Numbered from the stretch's first letter, positions 39,623-56,585 are shown. The stretch is DNA of 64,000 nucleotides from the human T2T-CHM13v2.0 reference genome, Homo sapiens (GCF_009914755.1 NC_060932.1); one strand, 5' to 3'. The notes: generated by a model from the sequence alone, not told the origin. A program made the numbers and translations.

Positions 39623-40799
39623 TACATAAGAATTTAAGTTATAAAATGTAAATTTAAAAAATTAAATTAATAACTGGCTATGCCTTATATATCCTTCAGG
39701 ATAAAACACCTGTATTGACATAGAAAAAGATTTTTATGGCGTAATATTTTTAGTCATAACCCTATATCTAGTTTCAAAATTTGTTCTTGTCTAAGTTAAA
39801 AGCAGAAAAGAGCATCACATGCTTTGGAATATATTTTACAAGGCAAAAAGTTCTCTAATGATGCACTGATACTGAATATGTTGGTGAAAAGTTGCAATAA
39901 AATTTTTTCATAGAATGTTAGAAAAGAGATTAACATTATTTCCTAATTGCTTACTTAATATATTATTTAGCATAATTTATGATTTACATATCTATTACTA
40001 CATTATTAAATTAAATAAAATATAATTTAAATATACCAAAATGTATGTTGTTGAAATCTTTATATTTTAGGCAAGTAGTTAAAGTCAGCACTTTGAACAG
40101 AAAGCAATTCTTAGATACAGCATTTTCTACCAGCTTAGATACGGCATTTTCTACCAGCCTATGGGAAACCTTGTCAGAATGGACCAATATGGGATGTAGA
40201 AGTGAACTAACTAGATTGAAGACAGAGTGAGGCAGAAACAGGATAACACTGTGGGGTCAGACTAGAAGCTCAACAGAAGCTGGGAGCTGGAAGATGATGA
40301 CTAGCCATCAGGAACTTGCCTGGGCTTGACCATTCAGTGCTGAGTGTATGGCTAAAGAGCCTCAGACTGAAATTACATGGCCCTAATGAAAGGCAGAGAC
40401 TGATGTTTTTGATTAGTCAAAGTGAAAGCACTGAAAAAAATGGACAGCAAACTGTAGAATGCGGCTCCATCCTCTCCTTGGTAATGAGAAGTCCCACTGG
40501 ACAGCATCTGAAGCCTTTGTATTCCTTGTTGCTTTACTCTCACCATCTTGCACAGTGTCTATCATCACACAGGCACTCAAAACTATCCTTAAGTGGATGA
40601 ATATATAAATAATGTAACCCCAAACTTTTTCATAGTTTGTTATAAAATAAAGTTGTAAGAGGACACAAGTGAAACTAGTAATGACTCAAGGGACAGGGGT
40701 GACATAGAAGGGAAAGAAAAGAAAGTTTGGGACAAGGAAACTGAAGGCTGTGCGCAGAAGGGTAAAAGAACTGTTGCTAGATCACAAAGAGAAAGGGGC

Positions 40800-41340
40800 T
40801 ATTCCATGCAATAACAAAGCTATGAATAAAAGCAAGGTCTTATACGCCAAATCACACATTTTAGGATTTACTATAAATACAGCATAGAATCAGTCATTGG
40901 AGTGCAGTATGTGAGACTAAAATTGCACCCGGCTAGTTAAGAGTTTAATATGAACATGTTAAGATGTTTGTAGTTTATTTAGTGAACAACAGGAATCAAT
41001 AAAAGTTTATAAAAGGAGGAACATATGATTGGATTTGACTTTTAGGGAAATAGATGTAACAGAGGATGAAATAGAGTGAGCAAAGACTGGTGAGAGGAAG
41101 ATAATTTGAGAAGTTTTCAGTTAATCAGGTCACAAGTGATGGGGGCTTAAAGTAAGACAATAGTAGCAGGAAAAAGAGGAGCCAGAAAAGAGATAAATTA
41201 CAGCGACAGAGTGAATGCAGTAACAGCCTATAGGAAGTGAGCTGTGAAGAAAGATAGAGAGGTGAATCCCTGCCTTTTAATTTACAGGACTTAGTAGATT
41301 GTGATTCAATCATCTAAACTCAAGAACAAAGAGAAAAGCA
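40800..41340 (-). mobile_element. L2 LINE remnant
   Basis: GGAGGAACATATGATTGGATTTGACTTTTAG and ATCAGGTCACAAGTGATGGGGGCTTAAA are typical of antisense L2. Confidence 0.55.
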
Positions 41341-41749
41341 AGTTTGGTTAAAAAGTTCAATACTATTCTAATCAATCCTATTTTCTATTTTATAATCTGT
41401 TTTCTATTTATAATAACATTTCACCCAAACAAACAGTAAATGCTTAATTAAAAAATCTAAGAACATACACAAGAAATGCAATGAAAAAATATCAGCCAGA
41501 TTCCCACCTCCTAACCACTATCATTGATACAGGTTTGCTATGTGACAGTATATTCAAGCAAAGAGATAGAGATTTTTGTTTGGTTGTTTTTGCTTCATGT
41601 AAATAAAAGTATACTTTATTTTTTCATCTGCAATATATCGCACACATTTTACAAGGTAAATACATGTTTTACTACACCATAATTTTCAGTCACCTCAGAA
41701 CAGTGTATTATCATATGGAAACACCAAATTTTACTTTTTACCCATTTTA

Positions 41750-43875
41750 CTCATTGTTTGCAGATGATATTATCTTATACTTGGAAAAAACCTGAAGATT
41801 TCATTAAAAAAACCATTAGAACTGATAAATTCAGTAAGTTGTAGGATACCAAATCAACATACAAAAATCAGTAGCATTTCTGTATACCAACAGAAAACAA
41901 ACTAAAAAAGAAATCAAGAAAGTAATTCCATTTACAATAGTTACAAATAAAATAAAATACCTAGGAATAAACTTAACCAAATAATTGAAAGATCTCTATA
42001 ATAAAAACTATAAAATATTGATGAAAGGAATTGAAGAGGACACACAAAAAATGGGAAGAAAGTCCATGTTCATAGATTGGAAGAATCAATGTTGTTAAAA
42101 TGTTCATACTACCCAAAGCGATCTACAGATTAAATGCAATCCCTATGAAAATACTAATGACATTCTTCACAGAAACAGAAAAAAAAATCTTAAAATTTAT
42201 GTGGAACCAGAAAAGACCCAGAATAACCAAGCCATCCTCAGTAAAAGAAACAAAACTGGAGGAATCACATTACCTGACTTCAAATTATACTACAGAACTA
42301 TAGTAACCAAAATAGCACATTACCAGCATAAAAACAGACACATAGACCGATGGAACAGAATAGAGAACCCAGAAACAAATCCACGTGTCTACAGTAAACT
42401 GATTTTTTACAAAGGTGCTAAGGACATACATTGGGGAAAAGACAGTCTCTTCAATAAATGATGCTGGAAAAACTACATATCCGTATGCAGACTAGTGAAA
42501 CCTTATACAAAAATAAAATCAAAATAGATTAAACTCTTAAATCTAAGAACTCAAGGTATGATGGTTGTACAAGAAAACATTGAGGAAACTCTCCAGGGCA
42601 TTGGACTAGGTACAGCTTTCTTGAGTAATAACCCACAAGCATAGGCAACCAAAACGAAAATGGACAAATGGAATCACATCAAGTAACAGGCTACTGTGCA
42701 ACAAAGAAAACAGTCAACAAAATGAAGAGAAAATCCACAGAATGGGGGAAAATATTTGCAAGCTATGCATCTCAGAAGTGATTAATAACCAGAATATATA
42801 AGGAGCTCAAACAACTCTATAGGAAAAAAAAATCTAATAATGTGATTAAAAAATGGGAAAATATCTGAATAGACATTTCTCAAAAGACAAACATACAAAT
42901 GGCAAAGAGGAATATGAAAAGGTGCTCAACATCATTGATCATCAGACAAATGCAAATCAAAATGACAATGAGATATAATCTCACCCCAGTTAAAATGGCT
43001 TATATCCCAAAGACCGGCAGTAACAAATGCTACTGAGGAAGTGGAGAAAAGGCAACCCTTATATGCTGTTGTTGGGAATGTAAATTAGTACAAACACTAT
43101 GGAGAACAGTTTGGAGGTTCCTCAAGAAACTAAAAGTAGAGCTGTCATATGATCCAGCAATCTCATCAGTAGGTATATACTCAAAAGAAAGGAAATCAGG
43201 ATACCAAAGAGAAATCTGCACTCCCACGTTTATTGCAGCACTATAGCTATCACAATAGTTAAGATTTGGAAGCAACCAAAGTGTCCATCAGCAGAAGAAT
43301 GGATAAAGAAAATGTGGTACATATACACAATGGGGTACTGTTCAGACATAAAAAAAGAATGAGGTCCTGTTACTTGCAACAACATGGATGGAACTGGAGG
43401 TCGTTTTGTTAAGTGAAATAAGCCAGGCACAGAAAGACAAACTTTCCCAGTTCTCACATATTTGTGGTGGAGCTAAACATTAAAACGACTGAACTCATGG
43501 ACATAGAGGGTAGAATGATGGTTACCAGAGGCTGGGAAGAGTAGTAGGTGGTGGTGGGGTGGTGGAGATGGTTAATGGGTACAAAAATATAATTAGGTAG
43601 AATGAGTAAGATCTAGCATTTGATAGCACACAGGATGACTACAGTCAACAATAATTTATTATACATTTTAAAATAACTACATTAACTAAAAGAGTATAAT
43701 TAGATTGTTTATAACACAAAGAAAGGATAAATGCTAGAGGGGATGGATACCCCATTTACCCCGAAGTGGTTATTATGTTCTATATGTCTGTATCATAATA
43801 TCTCATGTGCCCCTAAATATATACACTTACTATATACCCATGAAAATTAAAAATAAAAGTTACAAAATAAAAGAA
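41750..43875 (+). mobile_element. 5'-truncated LINE-1 (L1MA2/3-like), ORF2 3' half and 3' UTR
   Basis: Starts at the RT motif TTGTTTGCAGATGAT (LFADD). ORFs include [12 protein letters not shown]...RWNRIENPE. The 3' UTR reads GGATGGATACCCCATTTACCC...AAAATTAAAAATAAAA. Confidence 0.93.
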
Positions 43876-46139
43876 AATGAGGGTTACAGGTTTCCTCACC
43901 TAAGGAAAACATTACTTGTTTGGGTCACCTAGGAAAATACACTTCCATTCATTCTTTCTAATGTATTTTCTCACTTCCATACTTAATCAACCTAATGAAA
44001 TAGGTAGGGCAAGTATTATTCCCCCGTGTTTGCATGAGTCCACTGAGAAGTAGAGAAGTCAAGTCGCTGGTCCAAAGGAACAAGACTGTTGGGTTGAAAA
44101 AACAGGTATGACTGAACCACTTTTGGAATTTGACCTTGTGTCTTTAACTGACTAGCTTTAAACTGATATACAATTGTCAGACTTTTTTTTTTTTTTTTTT
44201 TTTTGGCTTAGGTCATCATTCTCTACTTAGAATAGCAAAATATTAAAAAGTCAAGTTTTAAATATCAAGTTAATCTTTCAATAGAAAGTAAGCCACTGGG
44301 TATGTTTCCAGAAAACTGATTTAAGAAACTGAACAGTTCACTTTATCCATTCTGGGTCCTGAATTTTTATACTTTTCTAGTCCTTCTGCTCCTTTTTCAG
44401 TAAATCCTTCAGCCACTGGTTCCATGAGAGTAACGGTGTTGAACTCTGACAAGTGATACTATATCACTGTAAAACTAACACACTTCTGTACATCCATAAT
44501 CATTACCAGCCAGGTTTTCTTTTTTGTTCTTTTGAGTCACCAGTAAGTAGAGACAATTGTATGACAACACCAAAGAGGGAGAGAAATTACTTTAGTGCCC
44601 AAGTCTGCAGGGTAAACCCTTAGACAAGAGAGTTCATGCAGCTGGATTTATTTCGAATCCTTCCGACTGTTTTATAGGTCACAGATTTAGCACTCAGCCT
44701 TATTTCGCTTTATTTTCTTCATCTTAACTCCCATGGTACTATTTATTAAGGGAGATGTCAGGTATCGGCCTGTCTCCTTCAAAGAGAACAAGAGGCTTTC
44801 AGAAAGAACTACATGCAAAGAAATAGCCAAACAAAGCACATTTCTCCAATTTGGAATAATCATGCTATTCATTAGCAATCATAATAGTACTTTCTACAAG
44901 TCAGACTGTAAAGTACCAGTGTCAGAGGAGGTTTGTAACAGAGAATACAGGAAAGCATATTAATTTTAGATGAGTGAGTTTGAGGTCACATCCTTTTCCA
45001 ATGAGAAATGAGGTAGAGATAAAATCAAGTTTTGATGAGTTTTTGCAGTGCAGATCATGACCTGATGCAATGTGAAGTCAATCTTTAAAATTCACTGTGG
45101 TCTGATTTTACTTGTCCTTAAGGATAGTCATTAGCCTGAGCTCACACTATTGGAATTTGGTTTTAAAGATAGGGCAAAGTTTTCCTGCCATAATTACTTC
45201 CATCTGCTACACTAACACATGTGTTTCTGCAATAAAAATTTCTAAAACTCTCCAAACTCCACATGCCCCCTTTTGACTAGGCTCTTGCTGTATTGATGTT
45301 TCACCTGCATTCCGTCTGGGTGGGAATCTGTCTCGCAGCTGGCTGCTGCTTCAAGGGTAGGATAAGCTGGGGGAAGTACGGTGTTTGCTGTAAGACTCCA
45401 GTGGCAAATTAACACAGACATTTGCCTTGAGCATCAGAAATCGTGGTCATGTGTGTTACATCATACACCCTGTCACGTCTCAGTTCATTCCAATGAATTC
45501 TTCTTTAATCTATTTTATTTATTCATTTTAAATGACACAAGTAATATACAAATATATTCTTATTGTAAAAAGCTTGTATTGGAATATAAAAAAGAAAAAT
45601 TTCCTTGAGCACACTTTCCTCCCTTCATCCTATATAATAAATGAGATGTTTTCTATGGAGCTGGAATTTCCTCTCCTTAAAAAACAAGCATTTTATATAT
45701 TGTACCTGGGCAGACATTCAAAGACCTCCAAAACTTTTCCAAAGGGAAGAAACCAAAGGAAAGTACTTCACAAAGTCCCCCTAAATCACAAAGTGAAAAC
45801 ATTCCATGAAAAGAAAGGCTGTATATTAATGAGTGTGTGCCTGTAAGGGGGGATTGAATTGGTCTGATTAGTCTAAAAAGTTTAGTATAAAGACCCATGT
45901 CAGAGAACCAGGTAGAAAGGAACCCTGAACCATGCAGAACATGTGTACTCATTTGCCGAACTTCAAACTACACACCTATATTAATTTTTAAATTATATCC
46001 TATTTTTTTCCAAACTTCAGAAAAGATTATGATGGTGGGGGTTACAAAACAAAACCTGGAAATGTAGTTAAAGGATTCTGTAGATTAGGACCAAACCTTT
46101 TGTATTTTCTAAAACAATGGAACCAAGAGTTGGGTTGAA

Positions 46140-46350
46140 CCTGGAGTCAAAAAGAACTGCATTCAGTCCCTGATTGTACCACACAACTAGCTAACATGTG
46201 AGCTGGCAGGTCACCTGGGAGCCTCAGTTTTCTGGACTATTCCATGGGACTCATCCCTACCTCACAGGGCTGTTGTGAGGTGTCATGTGACTTTTTGTCT
46301 CGCAAACGCCTTGCTCAGTGCTTGGTCAGTGGTGGGCTCCCAATAAACAC
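46140..46350 (+). mobile_element. MIR SINE
   Basis: CTGGAGTCA...GAGCCTCAGTTTTC...CCTACCTCACAGGGCTGTTGTGAGG. Confidence 0.75.
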
Positions 46351-47419
46351 TAACACAGAAAAAAAAAAGACACTTGTGTGCTTAAACCTGAAATTTAGAG
46401 ATATAAGCTAACAATCAAGTGTGGCAATGTAGTATATGTTCTTGTAGTTGTGACTAAATGTTATGAACACTTGGCTGGTCTCAGGTTCTGAAACAGATCC
46501 TCCCTCCATGTGACTGGGGTGAAACCTAGGCTACATCTGAAAGCATCACTGGAGCCTGAGCATGCTGAATTGTTGGTTTCCTTGATCAGGATACTGATGA
46601 AGATGCCATCAAGAGACTGGCAATGTGAATATTACCTCTTTGTTTAGTTCCTAAAACCATGGTTATTAGTAGCAGGATCTTCCTTAGAAATTATTTTTTC
46701 ACATATATTTTTCACATATGTGTGCATATATATAATTGTGTGTGTGTATATATATATACACACACATATATTTGCAAAGATACATAGTTGTCTTAATTTT
46801 TTGTTAGTAAACACATGACACAAATTTTTTTTAGATAATAATGCAGAGTGTGGATATATTAGTATGCATGCCTTTCAGTCCCTATAGACACAGACATTCC
46901 TCGAAGAAGGTGAAGAGTTCGAAGTCCAGAGTTGATCATTAAGGTTGTTAGATTTATTTGCCTCTTCTGATGAATGTTTTGTCCGAGAGATACCATTTAC
47001 TTGAAAATAAAATGTCTGTGTTTCCTGGCAGACTATTTAAAGTAGATGAGTAAGAGACAAAGAGAGGCAGAGAGTGAGGCCATGCAGTTGTCAAGGCCCA
47101 GAGGAGGACATGACTGAACGACCAAGGACCACATGCTGAAGAGGATCAAAGAGGTCATCTAATCCATCCCTGAGACATCAATCATTGCCTTGGATGAGAC
47201 CACTCCTGAACCACTGAAAACATATGACTGTCAAGCCCACACTAAAGGGTCTCAGGAGACACACCCTCCCTCTGTAACTCATTCAGATTCCAATAAACCT
47301 GGCAGAAAGTTCTTGCATGTTTCTCCCCTGCCATCTATTACCTATTTCATGGAAATTAAGATGTGTGTGTTAGCATCCACCTCAATAGCATCTCAGGTTT
47401 CAAAACCTTGAACTATTAA

Positions 47420-48820
47420 AGAGTTATTTTTCAGATCTCTTTTCAGATATCACTATGCAATATTTGATATATACATAACATATTTGGGTGAAAGTAAAAT
47501 AATAAAATACATGGACATAAACCCACAGTCTGAGCTAGGAATTAGTTCCACTGCAGCCACCTGCATATTTCTTTCTGAGCCCATTGCTTTGCCCCTAAGG
47601 GTAACAATTATTCTGAATTTTGGATTTAATATTCCTTTGCTTTGTAAAAGTTTTATTATATATGTACATAAAAATTAGATTTTTAGTTTTATAAAAATTA
47701 TATTGTAAGCATTAATTCCTGCCTTGCTTTTTTCCTTCAAAGTACTATTTCTAAAATTAATTTATGTTGTAATAGTTCATTTATTTTCATTGTTATGTGG
47801 TTTTTTGTTTGAATATATCAAAACTTAATTATCTGTTTATTTCTGATGATGAACATTTCAATTCTTTCTTTTTTCACTGTTTCACTTTATCTTATTTTTG
47901 TTTTTATTTATTTATATTTTTTGAGACAGAGTGTCACTCTCTTGCCCAGGCTGGAGTGGGAGTACAGTGACTCAATCTCTGCTCACTGCAACCTCTGCCT
48001 CCTGGGTTCAAGCAATTCTCTTGCCTCAGCCTCCCGAGTAGCTGGAATTACAGGCGCCCACCACCATCCCCAGCTAATTTTTGTATTTTTAGTAGAGATA
48101 GGGTTTCACCAGGTTGGCCCAACTGGTCTCAAACTCCTAGCCTCAAGTGATCTGCCCACCTCGGCCTCCCAAAGTGCTGGAATTACAGGCGTGAGCCACC
48201 ATATGCCCAGCATTTTTTTTTTTTTTTTTTTTTTGCTGTTTTAAATCAAGTTATAAAAAATTTTGAATTTTCATACCTATTTCCAGGGTAACACATGAGC
48301 TTCTCTATAGGAATATTTTTCAAACGATAGGTAAAAAGTCATTATTGGATTAGAAAATAAATTTAATAAGCCTCAACAATAAACTTTTTAAAATAAAATA
48401 ATTAAATATAAAGAATCAGAGTAAAAGTATTTATCAAATGTTCACTTTTATATCTGCATGTTATAAATGCATTGGGTAGCAAAGCTGAGGATAAAGCCAA
48501 ACTGCTTTCCAAATAGTTGTATCAATGTATTAGATCTATTAATAGATCTCTAATACTAATGGATGGTGTTTTACTTTGTTCCATATTCTTGTCAGTGCTT
48601 GATATTGCCAGATTTATAAGTTTTTGCCATTTTAGTATGAAATGTTATTAGGTTGTCAATTTTCATTTCCTTGATTACTGGAAATGTTGCTGGCAATATT
48701 GAGCATTTTTATATGTTTATTTGTCACTTATAGATATTCTGTACATTACTTTTTATGTGTTTTTCAATCTTCTATTAGATTGTTTACACTTTTTATTTCT
48801 TTGATTCATACATTATATGC
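47420..48820 (-). mobile_element. Ancient L1ME-like remnant, host of the Alu
   Basis: T-rich antisense L1 phrases such as GCCAAACTGCTTTCCAAATAGTTGTATCAAT and TTTCATTTCCTTGATTACT. Confidence 0.55.
47893..48211 (-). mobile_element. Alu (AluS-like)
   Basis: Complete antisense dimer: T-rich tail, GAGACAGAG...CCTCCCAAAGTGCTGGAATTACAGGCGTGAGCCACC. Confidence 0.97.
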
Positions 48821-48824
48821 TAAC

Positions 48825-49027
48825 TTAAAAAATGTATTGTGTATATTCAAGGTATTCAACATGATGTTATGGGACAGTAAAGAGGTTACTATAGTGAAGC
48901 AACTTAGCATATCTATCAACTCACATAGTTTTTTTTGTTTTGTTTTGTTTATCATGGCAAGAGGAACTAAAATCTACTCATTTAGCCTGAATTCCAAACA
49001 CTGTACAATTATCTTACCAATAGTTCT
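48825..49027 (-). mobile_element. L1MA8-10-like 3' UTR end
   Basis: TTGTGTATATTCAAGGTATTCAACATGATGTT...GGTTACTATAGTGAAGCAA...TAAAATCTACTC. Confidence 0.7.
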
Positions 49028-49335
49028 TGAAGATCCAGTACAAGGAAGGATGCCCACTCCCACCACTTCAATTCAACGTAGTACTGAGAGTACTCTCAAG
49101 AGAATTTAGATAAGGGGAAAATAAAAAGGCATCTAAATTGGAAAATAAGTAAAATTATCTGTATTTGCAGATGATGTGATTATATATGTTAAAAACAGCA
49201 AAGATTCCGTGAAAGATCTGTTACAACTAATAAATGAATTCTCTAAAATGGCAGGATACAAAAACAACATACAAAAATCAATAGCATTTTTATAAACAAA
49301 TAAAGACCTAACTGAAAAAACAAACAAGAGGAAAA
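49028..49335 (+). mobile_element. L1 ORF2 RT-domain fragment
   Basis: GGATGCCCACTC...TTATCTGTATTTGCAGATGAT (LFADD)...GCAGGATACAAAA...CAAAAATCAATAGCATTT. Confidence 0.85.
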
Positions 49336-51087
49336 AAAAAGCTAGGAGAGAGACAAATAATCTGTGTTAAAGTGAGAAAAAAATAAATAAATGTAGACAC
49401 AATAGTCAAGGAGGTAATGGTGATAAATTTCTGGAACAATAAGAAACATGAACCAGAGAAATCGAATTGTACAGCAAGCAAAACAAATGAAATTAAATTC
49501 ACTCACATTGTTTGTGAGCATGGAGTACCTTCCCATTTATTTGTGTATTTAATTTCATCAATGTTTACAGTTTCTGTGTATAGTTCTTCCACCTCTGTGA
49601 TTAAATTTATTTCTAAGTTTTGTTTTCTCATTTTGACACATATTGTTTATCATTTTTTTCATGTATTTTATACTTTTGTTTTCTCATCTCTTGTGTCACT
49701 GTGTAACATTCTACTAATATTGTTCTTAACTATATTTGTTTTATTTGTCCGTTGTGCTTTTTTTATTGCGATAGTCTCATTTTACTTTCTAAAAGTTTTA
49801 TTTGGTTCCTTTTTCAAATAAGCTAGGTTATATTTCAGAATATGTTACTCGTTTTTAAATTATATTTTTAAAACTCTTTATACATAGTTATACTATATCT
49901 GAAATTTTCAATATCTGAACTGTTTGAGAATCTAGTCTGACTTTCACTTATGGTAGCTTGCTTCGTTGTGTCAGTGTTTGTTTTGTTTTTATATTGTGAA
50001 CACCTATAGCAGAGGACTTTGTTCTATCTTCTAGTAACTTGAATCTTCTATCACGTAACTTACTTGGCAAAAATTCTGAGGACCTAACTTGGGAATTCTT
50101 TTATCTAGAGAGAATTTGGGTATTCTTCAGTTGTGATATAAGGGCTGCTACCAGCCTAGGACCATCTCAGACTTCTTCCCCATCTCAGGTTCAGTTTCCC
50201 TTTCTTGTGTAGCCCAGGTTTCATTGATGATTCCAGCATACCAGCTCTGAATTTTTCCCTAGGAGCACATTGCTTTTGTATTACTATCCATTGCTTTCCT
50301 TAACACCTGTTTTCAGTTCACTGTTGATTTTAAAATATGTTTATTGTAAATTATTGTGACAGATACTTAAAGATTTAGTCTGCCATATGAAAGAAGCAAA
50401 GGTTTGAACTGTCTTTTCACTATTGCTATCTTTCTTCTTGGTATATTTAATGGACGTGGAAAGATGGATGATGTTTCACTTTACCTTCCACTTTATATAG
50501 CATAGCAATAGCTCAGAGTGAAATCTTATTTATTTCACTAAGCACCAGTTAGTAAAGCTGTTACAACTCATTTAAGATGTGGGTCTAAGATTTAGATGTG
50601 CATTCTAAATTTAGACATCTGTTATGTTTATTCATCATTAACTATGACTTCCTTTTTGACAGTAAAGATGTGGCTGCTTAGGACAGTTCTAAAGTCTTCT
50701 TGGAAGTCATATTGTTTTTAAAACAGATTTTGTGAAGCTAAGTTTAAGTTAATCAGAACATAAGTACACACATTCATTAAAACACCCACATGGGTTGAGA
50801 AATGATGGAAAATGTGTTTGGCAAAACCCATTTGGCAACTTTCCAAAACCAAAACATTCAAAAAATAGTATTTAATCATTTTTTAAAACTAAAACATGGT
50901 CAGATTTTTCAATGCCTAAAAATTTAGTTATTTGGCGTGTTTGTTATGGCAGAGTAACTTTTAGTAATTCTTAATCCTTATTTTATAAATATTAATAGTA
51001 AAATCTATATGTTAGGTATTCTTGCATTGACTCTTCCAACCAATTTAGAAACTCAAAATGAGCAGAATCAAAAATGATATGAGACTT

Positions 51088-51396
<309 letters not shown>

Positions 51397-54300
51397 TTAA
51401 CATTATCTGCTATTTTGTACATAGAGGAATGCTTGTGTACAAAGGGAAGCTACCACATGTGCAAACAAACAACTCAGCAATGACCAAATTCCAAATTCAG
51501 TTCATTTAAAAAAATTCTACAATTAATTGACCAAAAAGACCAGGAAATAGTCTGAAAAAGACCTTTGATTATCACTTTAACTTTAGTGAAGTAATCATTG
51601 TCTTCTTGGTTCTTGGATTTAAGCCGTTATTTTCACATTCATGTGAATCAACAGTATCAATTGCAAATTGGGCTACTCGACCATTTGAGATTAGTTTGCT
51701 TGAGAAAATTAGGTCTACTTATCGAGTGCTTAATGTGGCTGTGCTAAAACTTGTTCAGGTTCCCCAGGGTATTAACTTTACTTTGAATCTAACGTTGTGA
51801 TCAAGATTGTTCACAACTAGCATATTGATGGAGAATATGTTTCCCAAAACATACTGTTTCCCAAAACAAGATAGAAGTTTTAGTCCTCCATTCATCCGAT
51901 TCTTTGCAATGTGCACCCAGTCATCTGCAAATTATCCTTCGCTTCCTAAATTCAATAACTCTTGAGTTTAGGGCTCAGAGAGCACCTTCAATAGCTCTAT
52001 TCTAAAAAATCCTAAGACTTGTGGAAGTAACCACTTCTTAAATTCTTTAATGGCACAACCAGAGAACACTTTCTTTAACACTAATAGCAGTCCTTGAATG
52101 AATATCTACTATGTGCAAAAAACTTTACACAATCTTCACAGCGATCCATAGACAGTATTATCTCTACAGATATCCATAGAACAAGTAAACTGAAGCTCCT
52201 ATAGGTCTGTCAAAATAAGAATTCAATTTCTAGTTGAAGTGCCAAGACCTACTGCCCTTCCTCTCTCCCTCACTCAGGAGACCTGTCTTCCTCTGGGTCT
52301 TCCCTCTGCCCAAAGGAGATTTTTTAGGTATCTGTCCTCTCCACTTCTGGGTCTCCAAAACCAAGGTAGCCCATTAGCTTGGCTGAGAGCTAGCATACTC
52401 ATAGACAACCTGAAAGTAATTTTCCAGGAATACATCCTTAACTCTGATATTTCACAGCTCAGAATGAAATATGATTCACAGAGAACAACTTAGTTTGCCT
52501 TCCTGCCTTCTCTCCAATTCTACTCCAAACACCCCTCCTCCTTAGACCACACTCTGCTTAGCCTCCCAGGATTGGCCCAGCCTCCCCACTCCCTGCAGTT
52601 ATTGATGCATACCCCAAAACAGACCAAAGACTGGATACCCTCCCAAGGTAAACCTCAACCTTCAGCCCTTCCAAAGGTAGTGAGTGCTACAGTTTCCAAT
52701 CCTCCTGCCTTTCTTCTTCTTATCATTTAATGTCCCCAGAGTACCAAGGAGATGAATATAGTGCAATGTCCTTATGTTCTAATTCTCTCCTGGATTATGG
52801 AAATGATTCTGAAAAAAATATTTAAAGATAATTTCATTTTAGGATTGGGGTTTTGTTTCTTAGAAAATACTATAAACATGAAATTATTCTTTCCAAGCAG
52901 TGTCTGTTACTCTTCAATTACATTTCTGCTGTTATAACTAGGCAATAATGATTCATGTATTTTAATAAAAACTATCAAGCTTATTTGTAATTTGGATCCA
53001 GAGAGATGTGCTGTAACTGTCCTTGGTCCTTAAAATCTTAGCAGAAGAAAGACACTACTAGGCCCATGATGCATAGCAAAAGTGTTCATATCCTTGAAGG
53101 TAGGGACTTCCTAGAACACTAATTTTAGGGCCTTGTGCATACTAGACATTAAAAAGGGAACCTGAATAGGAAATATGTCCTTTTGTTTTATTTTAAGTTA
53201 TATGTATAGACATATAAGCATGAGGCCACTGGATTAAGTACTTTGATAAAATGTGTTAGTGGTTTCACACAGCAGGATGTCAGACACATTTAGAGTAAGT
53301 GTTGTTTGTATTCATTAATAGTAGCATACAATCCCATACAGAGATGCTAGTTTTTTTTTCCCAAAGTTATTACAATTGGTTTATGGAAGTTTGTATAGGC
53401 ATGAAGCTAAAAAAAAAAAGCTGGCTTCTCTGTCCTTTTAAACTCTTTCTAGTAAGAATTTGAGAGCTGTAAACTTACAGCAATAGAGAATAGGAGCTAG
53501 TGTTTAAAGCTAAACATATGCCTACTATACTTGAGGTCAAACCACTTCCTCAGAGAGTTTTGTATGGAAAGCATCACATCTTTTAGATTTATAGAGACAT
53601 TTCATTCTATTTACTAATTTTCAAATATCAGGTGCTGACATCAGGGAAATGATATTGATAAATTTTTATGGCATAATATAAATAGCTAAATTTATCATAA
53701 ACTAAACAAAGAACAGAGCAAATAGTTTGGATAACTGTATTTTCACATAAAACATATTTTCTGTAAAAATGTAAAATCATTCTTTAAATGAACTGTGATG
53801 ACAATTGCTAGTAACATTATTTTACATGTTTACATAATATTAAATCTCAAAACAAAGGCAAAATGTGTTACTTCTGCACCAAATTTCAAGTATTCATTTT
53901 TGAATGATCTAACCTTGATTTTCCATCTATGTTTTGGAGCAAAATGTCACAAACCCTTAAAGCTTGTCTTTTCCTCAGTCATACTTGCCCTCAACTTTAA
54001 TTCTAGATCCTGTGGTGGCACACACTTTCTCACTCTGCTCTCTGGGGTTTACTGACTGTTTGCTAAGAAGAAAAATCACTATTTTTGTTTCATGCATCTT
54101 TCTGCTCCACATAGATTGGTATGAGTTATAAAATAGAAAGAATGCCAGCTCCTCACATATTCAGGTAGACACGAGTTTGTTCTCTGATCCAGGAGTGTGT
54201 AAAACCACACAATTGTCTAACGGTGATTGTTTTCTAGTCAGAAAAGAGTCATTTTCTTTCCCTTCACACTTGTTTTCCCTCAGCCCCCATTTCTTTCAAA

Positions 54301-54999
54301 CCTTAAAGCTGGTATAAAAATTAATTTGCATTGAAATGTTTAAGATCAGTTTCCACCATTCTAGCAGAACTTTTTTCTTTTTTTGAAAATCTATGTTTCT
54401 TAAAAGACCTATGTAACTTTCCAGAGGGTTTAGAAATAGAATTCAAGCCAAATAATACTCAGTGTTTAGGTGGAGGTGAATAACTTTTTCTTCATAGCCT
54501 GATCAAAAAACAAACACTTTCTAGACTCCAGTTTCCAAACCTGACCTCTGAAAGTAAGAAATCGTTCACTGTAGAGATACATTAATTTGGCTATTTTCTG
54601 AGTCTTTGCCATTTTGATTTTAAATTGTAAGTACTTTCTGCCTGTTAATAGATCAGGAAGGTTAGACCGCACTCCTCGGGTTTTCCCTGGACGTCTTGGG
54701 GGTCTCTGGCAGTGCAAGTGGGCATGGGAGGCTTTCTTCGACACTGCTCTGCCTCACGGCTGTCCACAGGAAAATACAGCTTCTCAGAAAATCCCTCTTC
54801 TCTCACCACAGATCTCAACATTATTTCCTCTCTTCGGTCAAAGTGTCTTAGTTTATTGAGGAAAGAGAATCAATAGGGTGAACCTTCCTACCTTTTTCAT
54901 GAAAGGCCAAATCCTCAACCCCTATTTTGAATTTCAGTTCCATCTTGCATTTCCTTAAAGATTTTGCTCATGCTACTATTCACCATATTCTCTTGGACT

Positions 55000-56585
<1,586 letters not shown>

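Noticed and set aside
47846-48244. 132-aa ORF
   Set aside because: It is a typical antisense Alu translation ([19 protein letters not shown]).
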